Below, one piece after another: positions 41,739 to 51,141 of a stretch of DNA of 64,000 bases. The stretch spans positions 449,310 to 513,309 of the forward strand of contig CBDEUS010000002.1 of the NCBI GenBank assembly GCA_965243395.1, written 5' to 3'. The notes below the pieces were generated by a model, which searched no databases, was not told where the DNA came from, and saw only the letters and a list, made by a program, of their open reading frames with translations. Origin of the DNA: Gammaproteobacteria bacterium (GTDB lineage Bacteria; Pseudomonadota; Gammaproteobacteria; UBA4575). The first letter of the stretch is position 1, and each line of letters begins with the position of its first letter. Both the position numbers and the translations under genes were made by a program.

Positions 41739-42395
41739 CTACTTAAAACTTAGCTTGGTTTTTCGAGTATAGAACGCTTCGGAAAAACCTGAAGAAGCAT
41801 TACATTCAATGCTACGTAGCCTCATTAATGCTTTAAAATTTTCGGGTTTAAACCAATGTTTGTCATGTTGAGATACAAAGTAGCGTTGGAGGCTGTCTAC
41901 TTTTTTCTTAGCATTTTCAGTAGAAATTTCCATGAAGGTATTCGGTTGCCCGAGGTCACCATCGAATTTGGGGATCTCATATTCCAGAATTAAATGATCT
42001 CGAAATGTATTCCATGTCAGGTCCGAAATAACTCGATGATCTTGATGAAGATCATTGCGATAATGAGTGAAAACTATATCGGGTTTAAAATTATACTTAA
42101 GTGTTTCAAATGCATCTTTAATTTCTGTGCCGATATAAGGAAAGTAACTATTGCGAAATTTATGTATTTCGATATTGACCTTGGCCCAGTTTGCACTTAG
42201 TTCAGACAGAGCCATTCGGGTTTCTTTTTCACGCGTTTCATTGGATGAGAATATAGAACAGTATAGTTCTGCTTGCTCAAGAGAATTACCGAGTTCTAAT
42301 AAGGTGCCACCACAACCAATTTCAATATCATCGCAGTGTGCACCTAGGCACAAAATTCTTGGTCGAACTACATCAGACAGACCAAGTTCAATCAT
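41739..42395 (-). CDS. PIG-L/LmbE family N-acetylglucosaminyl deacetylase
   Basis: ILCLGAHCDDIEIGCGGTL metal-binding motif; start set at the internal Met overlapping the rfbF stop (ATGATTGA). Confidence 0.65.
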   Translation of the reverse strand: MIELGLSDVVRPRILCLGAHCDDIEIGCGGTLLELGNSLEQAELYCSIFSSNETREKETRMALSELSANWAKVNIEIHKFRNSYFPYIGTEIKDAFETLKYNFKPDIVFTHYRNDLHQDHRVISDLTWNTFRDHLILEYEIPKFDGDLGQPNTFMEISTENAKKKVDSLQRYFVSQHDKHWFKPENFKALMRLRSIECNASSGFSEAFYTRKTKLSFK

Positions 42396-43200
42396 GATCA
42401 AACTCTTTATTTTCGTGCTTACGATTATTCCAAGGTCGCTCTCCACGGCCTTCCATACGATCAAAAGTTATTTTATCTTTAAAAGTGTCCATTGCTTTCC
42501 AGAAACCATCGTATTTGTATGTCCAAAGTAACTTTTTCTCTGCAAGACGACTGAATGGCTGCTCTACTAGTTCTTCATTTGATTCAATGTAGTCAAAAAT
42601 ATCATTGCGAAAAAGGAAATACCCACCATTTATCCAGTAATCTGAATCTTGACTTGATTGTAGTTGCTCAACATACCCTTTCTCATCCATTTCTACATGA
42701 TGTAGAGTCAGGTGCGGCTTGACACTAACAAAGTTAGCCACAGTGTTTTTGCTTTGAGCATTGTTAATAAACTCATAAAGCGGTAAATCACTAAGTTGGT
42801 CGCTATAGTTGGCAAGAAAGTATTTTTCACCTTTAATATGTTCTCGGACAGCAGCCAATCGTTGTGCAAGATTGGAATGCAAACCAGTATCTACGAATGA
42901 TATTCGCCAGTCATGAATGTCACTAATGGCTGGTTGCAATGTTTTACCCCCTTCCATCATAACGAAATCGTTTGTTATATATGTATTGTAAGTTAGAAAA
43001 AATTTTCGAATCAGGTCACCGCGGTAACCTAAACAAAGAATAAAGTCTTTGTGGCCATAGGATGCATAATATTGCATTAAATGCCAAAGTATTGGCCGGT
43101 TTCCTATTTCTACTAATGGTTTAGGTATGACATCCGAGTGTTCGCGAAGACGAGTTCCGAGCCCGCCGCAAAATAAAACAACTTTCATATTAGTCCCCAA
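42388..43200 (-). CDS. rfbF: Glucose-1-phosphate cytidylyltransferase
   Basis: MKVVLFCGGLGTRLRE nucleotidyltransferase motif, 270 aa, matches CDP-glucose synthase length. Confidence 0.8.
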   Translation of the reverse strand: MGTNMKVVLFCGGLGTRLREHSDVIPKPLVEIGNRPILWHLMQYYASYGHKDFILCLGYRGDLIRKFFLTYNTYITNDFVMMEGGKTLQPAISDIHDWRISFVDTGLHSNLAQRLAAVREHIKGEKYFLANYSDQLSDLPLYEFINNAQSKNTVANFVSVKPHLTLHHVEMDEKGYVEQLQSSQDSDYWINGGYFLFRNDIFDYIESNEELVEQPFSRLAEKKLLWTYKYDGFWKAMDTFKDKITFDRMEGRGERPWNNRKHENKEFDHD

Positions 43201-43619
43201 ATATTTAGTGTTAATTGAATTTCATAACTAGAATCAAAATCAAAATCAGAATCGATTAATTTTAATTTAAGTGATTATGAATCTATATTTTCCTAACTTG
43301 CTAGAGCCAAAAATATACGTCACGTACTATGTGGAATATAATTGCAAACAATAATTAAATTCAGCAAGCTAATATAACTAGTGGATAAAGTATCATTTTT
43401 ACAATTGTAATTTTGTGGAAATATATGCATTTTAGTTACAAACAATTAGTATTCTCTAAGAATTAATCTTGTTTAATTCAAGACATAATTCCAATAAATA
43501 AAGCATGGTTATTTTTATCTAAAATTCATGTTCCCATTGTGTGCCTAAGTTAAGGTTATATATCAGTCAATGCGCTGAAAATAATTAAAAAAACCTTAAA
43601 TTGTTGAAAGAAATTAAAG

Positions 43620-44318
43620 ATGAAATTGCTGTTGATTGAAGATGATGATCGAATAATTGAGTTTATTCAGCCGGGGCTACAAGCTGAAGGCTATATTGTC
43701 GATGTTATAAAGGATGGGCAAACCGCAAAAGACTTTATGCCTTATCATGACTATGGCGCAATCATATTGGATCTTTTATTGCCGGGAGTTGATGGCAGGG
43801 CTCTCTGCAGTCATATCAGAAGTACAGGTATAAGAATTCCGATATTAATGCTGACTGCATTAGACACTGTGGATGACCGTGTTTTAGGTTTAAAAATTGG
43901 TGCAGATGACTATCTAGCTAAACCCTTTGCATTCGAAGAATTACTGGCTCGAATTAAGGCTTTGATACGACGTAGCTGTGACTATCAAAATCAATCACCA
44001 AGAGTTCTTAGATTTGCAGATCTTGTTCTTGATGAAGAAACTTATGAAGTCACGCGTAATGGTAAAAAAATAGATCTAACACCAAAGGAATTTACTCTTC
44101 TTGCTTATTTGATGCTCCATGCAGAAAAAGTAGTTAGTAAAACAAAGATACTTGATAATGTTTGGGGGTATGACAGCGACCCATTTACGAATGTCGTGGA
44201 AGTTTATATAAGACATTTGAGAAATAAAATTGATAGGTCTAATAAAGTTCCACTAATTCATACAGTACGCGGGTTTGGCTATAAACTTCACGATTCCACG
44301 GTCAATAAAAGCAATTAA
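43620..44318 (+). CDS. OmpR-family response regulator
   Basis: Receiver domain (LLIEDDD…ILDLLLPGVDG) plus winged-helix C-terminus (…YIRHLRNKID…VRGFGYKL). Confidence 0.85.
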   Translation: MKLLLIEDDDRIIEFIQPGLQAEGYIVDVIKDGQTAKDFMPYHDYGAIILDLLLPGVDGRALCSHIRSTGIRIPILMLTALDTVDDRVLGLKIGADDYLAKPFAFEELLARIKALIRRSCDYQNQSPRVLRFADLVLDEETYEVTRNGKKIDLTPKEFTLLAYLMLHAEKVVSKTKILDNVWGYDSDPFTNVVEVYIRHLRNKIDRSNKVPLIHTVRGFGYKLHDSTVNKSN

Positions 44319-44320
44319 GA

Positions 44321-45304
44321 TTGAATATGTTTTTTGCTATTTTGCTAAAAAATATGGTTTATAAAAAAACCATATTGATTAAATCATACCTGGCACTATT
44401 ACTCCTTTTATTTTTTCAACAACCACTACATGCAGAAAATACTAACAACGATGTAGTTAGTAATGATATACGAAATGAAGTTTTAATACTTGGGCGTGTT
44501 TCACAAGGTCCACGTCGACATTATCGGGCTTTTGATAGCCTTGGAAAATATCTTGTCAAACACATGGAAGATGTTGGAATAAAAAGTTTCGAAATTAACT
44601 TTCCTCGAAACAAAGATGAAATGATTAAAGAATTGCAACAAGGCAGAATCGATTTTCTTTGTGATACTCCATTTTCAGCACTATTCTTTGAAAGAGAAGC
44701 AGATGCGAAAATCATATTACGACAGTGGAAGAATGGAGCTTCGTCGTATCGAACACATTTTATTACACATAAGGATAGCCAAATTAAAAATCTTAGTGAT
44801 CTTGCGGGGCACAAAATTGCATTCGAAGACCCTGGTTCTACATCAGCCTTTTTTGTGCCGATGCTTTCGCTTAAAAATAATGGTTTAGATGTGCAGCAGC
44901 TAGGGAGTTCAAGTTATAACCCAAAGCTGAATACCGTAAGCTACACTTTCAACTTTTCAGAGGAAAATATTCTTTACTCAATTTTGCGCGGAAAGAATGA
45001 TGCTGGAGCCATAAGTAATTTGGACTGGATTGATCCAACACAAGCACCTGAAGGTTTAAAGCGAGACTTGAGAGTATTTCATACGACTCCAAACATTATA
45101 CGTTCATTGTTTCTTGCCCGATCAGGCATTTCACCCGATATCGAAAAGCGAATTATATTTCTCTTAACAAACATGCATGAAAGTGAAGAAGGAAAAGAGG
45201 TGCTGAAAAATTTTTTTAAAGTAGCCCGATTCGATCGACTTGTTGATGATGCGGCAGAAGATCTTGAGTATGCGCGCGAACTGTTTGCCGGATTTGATTA
45301 CTAA
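44321..45304 (+). CDS. Periplasmic substrate-binding protein, PhnD/SsuA-like, placed between RR and HK
   Basis: Signal peptide, type-2 periplasmic binding fold length and pattern; the family call is tentative. Confidence 0.5.
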   Translation: MNMFFAILLKNMVYKKTILIKSYLALLLLLFFQQPLHAENTNNDVVSNDIRNEVLILGRVSQGPRRHYRAFDSLGKYLVKHMEDVGIKSFEINFPRNKDEMIKELQQGRIDFLCDTPFSALFFEREADAKIILRQWKNGASSYRTHFITHKDSQIKNLSDLAGHKIAFEDPGSTSAFFVPMLSLKNNGLDVQQLGSSSYNPKLNTVSYTFNFSEENILYSILRGKNDAGAISNLDWIDPTQAPEGLKRDLRVFHTTPNIIRSLFLARSGISPDIEKRIIFLLTNMHESEEGKEVLKNFFKVARFDRLVDDAAEDLEYARELFAGFDY

Positions 45305-45315
45305 AACCTAATAAT

Positions 45316-46935
45316 ATGAAACTGCGTCAACAATATGTATTAATACTTGGATCAGTATCGGTACTGATCATATTGACAATATCTGCAGCGATGGCCTTAC
45401 GACATAAGCATATGGAGTCACTGTTACTGCAATCAAGTTTTAATGCGATGTCTGAATCTCTTTATATCGAAAATGAAAACGCAGCGCGAGCGCTAACAAT
45501 GACACTCACAGACAGTCTTGTTGAGCCAATAGCGGTGGATGACTTCGAAGGTATTGCAAATGTTGCCAAGTCTGCTCGTAAGCTTCCACGTGTATCTAAA
45601 CTAATAGTATTTGATGCTCAAGGATTATTAGTTCATGACGGTACAGATCAAGTCAGTGAATTTGGCACACTAATTCCATCGGAAATTTTGGATGTAGTTA
45701 CTTCTAATTTTCATACTGTATCCGAAAGAAAAAATGACTTCTTAAAAGTTTGTGCTCCAGTCCATATTGATAACAGAGTGTTGGGAGGTATTTATCTAGA
45801 ATTTAAACTTGATTATGTAGATTCACATATTCAGGATTTAAAATCTGAACTTGAATATATTATCAAAAGTAATGATTTACGTGATTTTTTACTGACAACA
45901 CTATTAGCAATTATGGTGTGTATTTTGGCAGTATTAGGCGGCTTTTTTATCTCAAGACATCTGTCACAACCAATTCTTACATTAGCAGAGCTAACACGGC
46001 GAATTGGTCAAGGAGAATATGGAATTAAAACCAAAGTAACGAGTCGTCAGGATGAATTAGGCGAGCTAGCACAATCAATTCATTGGATGTCAAATGAATT
46101 AAGTAATCATACCTATACTAAAGCTCAGTTAGAGAATCTAATTAAAGTGCGTACGGCCGAGCTTGAGGATGCAAATCAAAAACTTTTACAAATAGACGAA
46201 ACTCGTCGAGAGTTTTTAACCGATTTAGGACATGAATTGAGGACGCCGTTAACTGCGATACGAGGCATTTCCGAGGTGAGGCTTCGATCTAGCGAATATC
46301 TAAATAACAATGACAGCTCTGCGCTTAAGCGTATCGTGGAGTTATGTGGACAACTTGGTTCTTTAGTGGATGACTTATTATTTATAGCGCGCTCTGAAAC
46401 AGGAAAACCTGTACTAGATACTACTACACTTTCATTATGCGCTCTTTTATCTAATGTAAAAGAACAAATGGCAGAGATCGCTAAGCAAAATCAAATTAAA
46501 CTCATATTTACATGTGATCATGACAGTTTAATTGAGGGGGATCCACGAAGATTGAAACAACTGTTTAGTATACTTATCGACAATGCAATAAAGTATTCAA
46601 AACCAAGCGGGATAGTAAAAATTGAAATTACTACCAGAACTGGCATCCCTCAGAATTTTGCTGACGTACGAATAAGTGATACTGGGATAGGTATGACTAA
46701 AGATGAGAAAGACCAGAGTACGATCCGCTTTTTTCGTGGCAAGCGCGCTCAAGAGAAACATGATAAAGGGATGGGGCTGGGGCTTTCTATAGCAAGAGCT
46801 ATCATGAGCGCACATGGGATTAATTTTAATTTGAGCAGTGAAATTAATAAGGGAACAACCGCTCTAGTCACATTTAATCTAGATGTAGACAGCTTCGAAG
46901 AAAATCAAGATACTAGTCAAATAGCGGGAATGTAA
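45316..46935 (+). CDS. Sensor histidine kinase (periplasmic domain-TM-HAMP-HisKA-HATPase)
   Basis: Two TM segments, H-box LGHELRTPLTAIRG, G-boxes DTGIGM and GMGLGLSIARAI. Confidence 0.8.
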   Translation: MKLRQQYVLILGSVSVLIILTISAAMALRHKHMESLLLQSSFNAMSESLYIENENAARALTMTLTDSLVEPIAVDDFEGIANVAKSARKLPRVSKLIVFDAQGLLVHDGTDQVSEFGTLIPSEILDVVTSNFHTVSERKNDFLKVCAPVHIDNRVLGGIYLEFKLDYVDSHIQDLKSELEYIIKSNDLRDFLLTTLLAIMVCILAVLGGFFISRHLSQPILTLAELTRRIGQGEYGIKTKVTSRQDELGELAQSIHWMSNELSNHTYTKAQLENLIKVRTAELEDANQKLLQIDETRREFLTDLGHELRTPLTAIRGISEVRLRSSEYLNNNDSSALKRIVELCGQLGSLVDDLLFIARSETGKPVLDTTTLSLCALLSNVKEQMAEIAKQNQIKLIFTCDHDSLIEGDPRRLKQLFSILIDNAIKYSKPSGIVKIEITTRTGIPQNFADVRISDTGIGMTKDEKDQSTIRFFRGKRAQEKHDKGMGLGLSIARAIMSAHGINFNLSSEINKGTTALVTFNLDVDSFEENQDTSQIAGM

Positions 46936-47113
46936 GTCAGTTTTAAATTACATCTTTTCTATATTTCTGGTAATTCTGACTTTTTCATTGAATATTTATT
47001 CAATTTTAACTCAAATTTAATGCTTAATTTAGCATGTACTTATATGTTATATAAGCGCTTTATAATTAATAATTGATATCATTACATCGACAATATTTAA
47101 AAAGATTTAAATT

Positions 47114-47602
47114 GTGAAATTAAATATTATTGAAAAACGCAATTTGCAGGATTCATATTATCCAGCTAAAAATAATTATGATGATAAACCTGCAGATAAA
47201 TTTTACAAATTAGATGATTCATTATTGAACGATTTTCAAGATGAAGATGTTGCAGTTATCTCACAAAAGTTTCTTAAAAAGATTGACTATTACGAAAGTG
47301 CAAAAAAAAGTATAAATGAAACATTAAAAAGTAAAAAACTGAGTTTGAGGGAATGGAGAGTTCTGAATGAAGTTGTTATTTCAAAAACCTCAGGCCCTAA
47401 AATTATACGTTCTCATACAAATTATACTTATCCACAAATTTCAAATATATTAAACATGCTGGAATCAAAAGGGTTAATTAACCGAAATTATTTTGTTCCT
47501 AAGGATCGAAGAACAGTTCAGATATCAATTACAGCTTCTGGAAAAGAAGCTTGGAAGCTTGGTATTCAAAATATAATTGATTTTGAACAAAATGATGTTT
47601 AG
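47114..47602 (+). CDS. MarR-like winged-helix transcriptional regulator
   Basis: Central wHTH pattern (PQISNILNMLESKGLINRNYFVPKDRRTVQISITASGKEAW). Confidence 0.45.
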   Translation: MKLNIIEKRNLQDSYYPAKNNYDDKPADKFYKLDDSLLNDFQDEDVAVISQKFLKKIDYYESAKKSINETLKSKKLSLREWRVLNEVVISKTSGPKIIRSHTNYTYPQISNILNMLESKGLINRNYFVPKDRRTVQISITASGKEAWKLGIQNIIDFEQNDV

Positions 47603-47617
47603 AAATTCGTAATATTC

Positions 47618-49054
47618 TTAATTTTTCTTTATACCAAGTTTGATAATTCTTGAGTTTAAAGTCGACGCATTCATCCCTAAAAGTTCTGATGCACTGCCTT
47701 TTCCAGATATTTTCCAGTTAGCTTTGTTTAATGCGGTTCTGATATTTTCTCGCTCAAGATGTTTAATTTCATCCGCTTTTAGTAAGGCATGTCTTGTAAG
47801 TGAAACTGACTGCTCTAAGTTTTCACCCTTATCGTGGTCTCTTAGTAAATCTGGACTAATATGCAATGATGTGCCCTTGCTTAATATAACAGCTCGTTCA
47901 ATTACATTTTGTAGCTCTCGAATATTTCCTGGCCAGTCATAATCTTTCAGCTCATCTACGGTCTGTTCATTTAGACCATAACACTGTTTATTAAATCGAT
48001 TACAAGATTCATCTAGAAAGTGTCGAGTCAAAATTGCAATATCATTTAATCTCTCTCTAAGGGGAGGCACTTCAATTGGAAACACATTAAGCCGGTAAAA
48101 TAAATCTTCTCTGAAGTTTCCTTCTTTTACCATCTGTTCTAAATTACGATTGGTCGCTGCAATGATTCTTACATCAACATGCCTTGTTTTTTCATCGCCT
48201 ACACGCTCGAATTCTTTATGCTGGATCGCACGAAGTAACTTAGGTTGAAGCTCTAGAGGCACCTCACCAATCTCATCTAAGAATAGTGTTCCTGTATCTG
48301 CAAGTTCCCAACGGCCTTTACGATCTTTAAGTGCGCCTGTAAAGGATCCCTTGACGTGACCAAAGAATTCGCTTTCGAATAAATCTTTAGTAACGGATGA
48401 ACAGTTTATGGTTACAAAGGGCATATCGGCACGATCACTTTGTTTTACAATTGTGCGTGCAACTACTTCCTTTCCTGATCCAGTTTCACCAAAGATCATA
48501 ACCGATGCATCAGTTTGAGAAACTGCTTTCAGCTTTTCAAACAAATGCTGCATAGCAAGAGATTGGCTGATTAAGGGATATTTCTCTTTTACAAGATCTA
48601 ATTCATCCCGTAAGTAATCTCTTTCATCTATGAGTTGGTTTTTAATCCTAATGAGTTGTTTGATGTGATGGTTTGTATTTGGAGGTATAGCTTCAGCGTC
48701 TTCAACATCATATAGCGCCCACGTTATGTTTTTAGGGTTTCCTTCTTTATCGTAAATAACTTCTGCCGATGCAATGGCCTCGAAAATATCTCCATTTTTC
48801 TTTACACATTCTATTACTTGATTGGAGAGTTCACCTTTGTCAATGATTTGTTCCAATAAACCAGACAATAGTGCAGTATTGGTCTCTTCGCTTAAAAATT
48901 CGAATACTTTTTTCCCAATCACTTCGTGCTCTTCAAATCCTAATTTCTCAAGCCATTTCTTACTAACGGCTTGCATGACTCCATCACCATCAATAGCCTG
49001 TAACATCACAGGCGTTTTTTCATAGAAGAATTGATATAAGTTTTTGTCGTTCAT
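47618..49054 (-). CDS. Sigma-54-dependent transcriptional activator with an N-terminal PAS domain
   Basis: Walker A GETGSGKE, GAFTGA-equivalent GSFTGA, ESELFGH, R-finger region, C-terminal Fis HTH. Confidence 0.85.
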   Translation of the reverse strand: MNDKNLYQFFYEKTPVMLQAIDGDGVMQAVSKKWLEKLGFEEHEVIGKKVFEFLSEETNTALLSGLLEQIIDKGELSNQVIECVKKNGDIFEAIASAEVIYDKEGNPKNITWALYDVEDAEAIPPNTNHHIKQLIRIKNQLIDERDYLRDELDLVKEKYPLISQSLAMQHLFEKLKAVSQTDASVMIFGETGSGKEVVARTIVKQSDRADMPFVTINCSSVTKDLFESEFFGHVKGSFTGALKDRKGRWELADTGTLFLDEIGEVPLELQPKLLRAIQHKEFERVGDEKTRHVDVRIIAATNRNLEQMVKEGNFREDLFYRLNVFPIEVPPLRERLNDIAILTRHFLDESCNRFNKQCYGLNEQTVDELKDYDWPGNIRELQNVIERAVILSKGTSLHISPDLLRDHDKGENLEQSVSLTRHALLKADEIKHLERENIRTALNKANWKISGKGSASELLGMNASTLNSRIIKLGIKKN

Positions 49055-49126
49055 AGTGACTCATATGTACGATCAATATCGATAATTTAAAGTCTAACTC
49101 TACTCTTGTGTGAGATTCAAAATCCT

Positions 49127-49156
49127 CGAAATTTCGCAAAAATTTCTGAAATTTCA
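49127..49156. promoter_or_regulatory. Candidate enhancer (UAS): palindromes CGAAATTTCG and TGAAATTTCA upstream of the cupin gene
   Basis: Two 10-bp perfect palindromes 10 bp apart, about 60-85 bp upstream of a -24/-12 element; the same core motif recurs at 49922-49957. Confidence 0.35.
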
Positions 49157-49210
49157 GTATTCATCCTATTTTTCAAATTCTAAGTTATTGATTTTATATA
49201 TGAGAAATCT

Positions 49211-49226
49211 TGGTACGGTTGATGCA
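49211..49226 (+). promoter_or_regulatory. Sigma-54 (-24/-12) promoter for the cupin gene
   Basis: TGGTACGgttgATGCA against the consensus TGGCACG-N4-TTGCA, correct GG/GC spacing, about 50 nt upstream of the ATG at 49277. Confidence 0.5.
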
Positions 49227-49276
49227 ATTGTCTAGGCACAAATGTTTCAACAACTATTTTCAGGAGAAAAATTGAT

Positions 49277-49771
49277 ATGAAAGCGATACAACTAAATAAC
49301 TTTAATTTCCTTATCCAATTATTGATGGTTATTTCCATTAGTATGTTTTTTTCACAAGTCTATGCACATGAATTAGGCTCAAATAAAAAACCAATTGCAT
49401 TTGGAGCTGATCAAACCATTGTCGATGTAGACAAACTTGTTTATGAACCACTTGAAGTTGAGGGGCTACCAAAAGGTGCTGAAATCGCGCACATTCGTGG
49501 TGATTTAGGTAAAGCTGGAAGTGAATCTATTTTACGTATTCCACCCGGTTACCATGTACCAAGTCACACGCATACCTCAGAAGAATTGTATATGTGGATT
49601 AGTGGAGAATTTACTTTAATTTCTGATCAAGGCGATGAAAAAAATTTTCGTGGTCCTGCTTATATAAGTTTTCCTGGTAATGCACCGCCACATACTTTGA
49701 TCTGTGGAAAAAAAGAGCCCTGTATCTTTTATCTGGCCTATACAAGACCATTTGACATTATTTACGAGTAA
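49277..49771 (+). CDS. Secreted cupin-domain protein
   Basis: Signal peptide; cupin motifs HTHTSEELYMWISGEF and later PPH. Confidence 0.6.
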   Translation: MKAIQLNNFNFLIQLLMVISISMFFSQVYAHELGSNKKPIAFGADQTIVDVDKLVYEPLEVEGLPKGAEIAHIRGDLGKAGSESILRIPPGYHVPSHTHTSEELYMWISGEFTLISDQGDEKNFRGPAYISFPGNAPPHTLICGKKEPCIFYLAYTRPFDIIYE

Positions 49772-49807
49772 CAATAATTCTTCCCGCACGCAGTAATGCG
49801 TAGTATT

Positions 49808-49863
49808 AACGGGATGCTATATTTTCCTGCCCATCTCATTTGCATAAGCATCCCGTTCTTTTT
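49808..49863 (+). terminator. Probable terminator after the cupin gene
   Basis: AACGGGATGCT … AGCATCCCGTT inverted repeat followed by CTTTTT. Confidence 0.45.
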
Positions 49864-49921
49864 AAATAATACAAATTTATTTTCTTAACCAAGCTTGTTT
49901 GTGTATTGGAATATCGTTACA

Positions 49922-49957
49922 CGAAATTTCGGGATTATTTTTTAAATTTCGAAATTT
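49922..49957. promoter_or_regulatory. Candidate enhancer (UAS): CGAAATTTCG and 14-bp palindrome AAATTTCGAAATTT
   Basis: Same palindromic core as at 49127-49156, positioned about 50-85 bp upstream of the second -24/-12 element. Confidence 0.35.
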
Positions 49958-50006
49958 ATCTTATGTATAAAAAGCTATCTTATTGATTTGTATAGTGAGT
50001 TCTTCT

Positions 50007-50022
50007 TGGCACAGTTGATGCA
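50007..50022 (+). promoter_or_regulatory. Sigma-54 (-24/-12) promoter for the 50071 operon
   Basis: TGGCACAgttgATGCA, a near-perfect match to TGGCACG-N4-TTGCA, about 48 nt upstream of the ATG at 50071; nearly identical to the 49211 element. Confidence 0.6.
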
Positions 50023-50070
50023 ATTACTTGAGCGTAATTATTTGAAGAACTGTTAGAAGGAGAATACAAA

Positions 50071-50721
50071 ATGTATAAATCAATTAGTTCAATTATCTTT
50101 GCGTCACTTTTTGTTTTGATCGCAAATAATCTCAATGCGAAAGACATCCCAGGGTATACATATAGTGAATCTAATCTAGAGACAGCACCCTATACCTTGA
50201 AAGATTTGAAATTGTTAAAAACCACTGTGTTGTTTACTGAAGACGATGCCAAATGGTTACGCAAAAGTCGTAAGGTACTTGAGCCACATGCAGAAGAAAT
50301 TTTAGATACATGGTATGGCTTTGTTGGTTCCCATCCTCATCTTATTTACTACTTTTCAAATAAGAAGGGTGAGGCAGATGCTAATTATCTGGCTCGAGTA
50401 CGCGCACGGTTTATTCAGTGGGTCTACGATACTGCAGATGCAAATTATGATCAGGATTGGTTGAACTATCAGTATGAGATAGCCAAGCGCCATCATCGTA
50501 TTGGTAAAAACAAGGTAGATGATGTGCAATCAGTAGACCATATCCACTTCCGCTATGTAGTCGCTTTACTATATCCCGTCACGGCAACATTAAAACCTTT
50601 TCTTGAACGTAGTGAATATTCACCAGAGGAAGTAAATGCGATGCATCAAGCTTGGATCAAATCTGTATTGATGCAGACGATTTTATGGAGCCACCCATAC
50701 ATCAATACAAATGAATTTTAA
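50071..50721 (+). CDS. Secreted hypothetical protein, possibly protoglobin-like fold
   Basis: Signal peptide; weak resemblance of the central helical region to sensor-globin/protoglobin domains; low certainty. Confidence 0.3.
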   Translation: MYKSISSIIFASLFVLIANNLNAKDIPGYTYSESNLETAPYTLKDLKLLKTTVLFTEDDAKWLRKSRKVLEPHAEEILDTWYGFVGSHPHLIYYFSNKKGEADANYLARVRARFIQWVYDTADANYDQDWLNYQYEIAKRHHRIGKNKVDDVQSVDHIHFRYVVALLYPVTATLKPFLERSEYSPEEVNAMHQAWIKSVLMQTILWSHPYINTNEF

Positions 50722-50782
50722 CCATTTAAAAGGTAGCCGAAGTAAATTTACTTTGGTTGCCTTTGTTTTTCGGGAGATAGAA

Positions 50783-51073
50783 ATGTCTGCATATTGTTTA
50801 TTTGATAATTTGAAAGTTACAGACCCTGCTGCACTTGAGGTATACAAGAAACATGTGGGGCCAATTGTTGCGAAATTTAGTGGCCGTTATGTAGTTCTAG
50901 GCGGCCAATGTGAAATTGTCGAAGGCGATTGGAAACCAACTTACCCGGTAATGATTGAGTTTCCGAGACTGGAGGATGCTCGTAACTGGTATCAATCTGA
51001 AGAATATGATGAATTAAAAACAATACGTTTGAATGCTACAAAATCAAACGCTGTGTTTATTGAAGGAATCTAG
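50783..51073 (+). CDS. DUF1330-family protein
   Basis: About 96-aa core MSAYCLFDNLKVTDPAALEVYKKHVGPIV...GDWKPTYPVMIEFP typical of DUF1330; the upstream in-frame extension from 50711 is probably not translated. Confidence 0.5.
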   Translation: MSAYCLFDNLKVTDPAALEVYKKHVGPIVAKFSGRYVVLGGQCEIVEGDWKPTYPVMIEFPRLEDARNWYQSEEYDELKTIRLNATKSNAVFIEGI

Positions 51074-51091
51074 AAAGTCGTAAAAACTAAT

Positions 51092-51141
51092 TGGTGGGCC
51101 CGGTAGGACTCGAACCTACGACCAAAGGATTATGAGTCCTT
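51092..51141 (-). tRNA. 3' fragment (about 50 nt) of a tRNA with anticodon CAT (Met or Ile2); probable att site
   Basis: Reverse complement reads AAGGA-CTCATAA-TCCTT (anticodon arm, CAT) / TGGTC / GTAGG-TTCGAGT-CCTAC (T arm) / CGGGCCC-A-CCA; no D arm or 5' acceptor strand (GGGCCCG) upstream. Confidence 0.7.
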
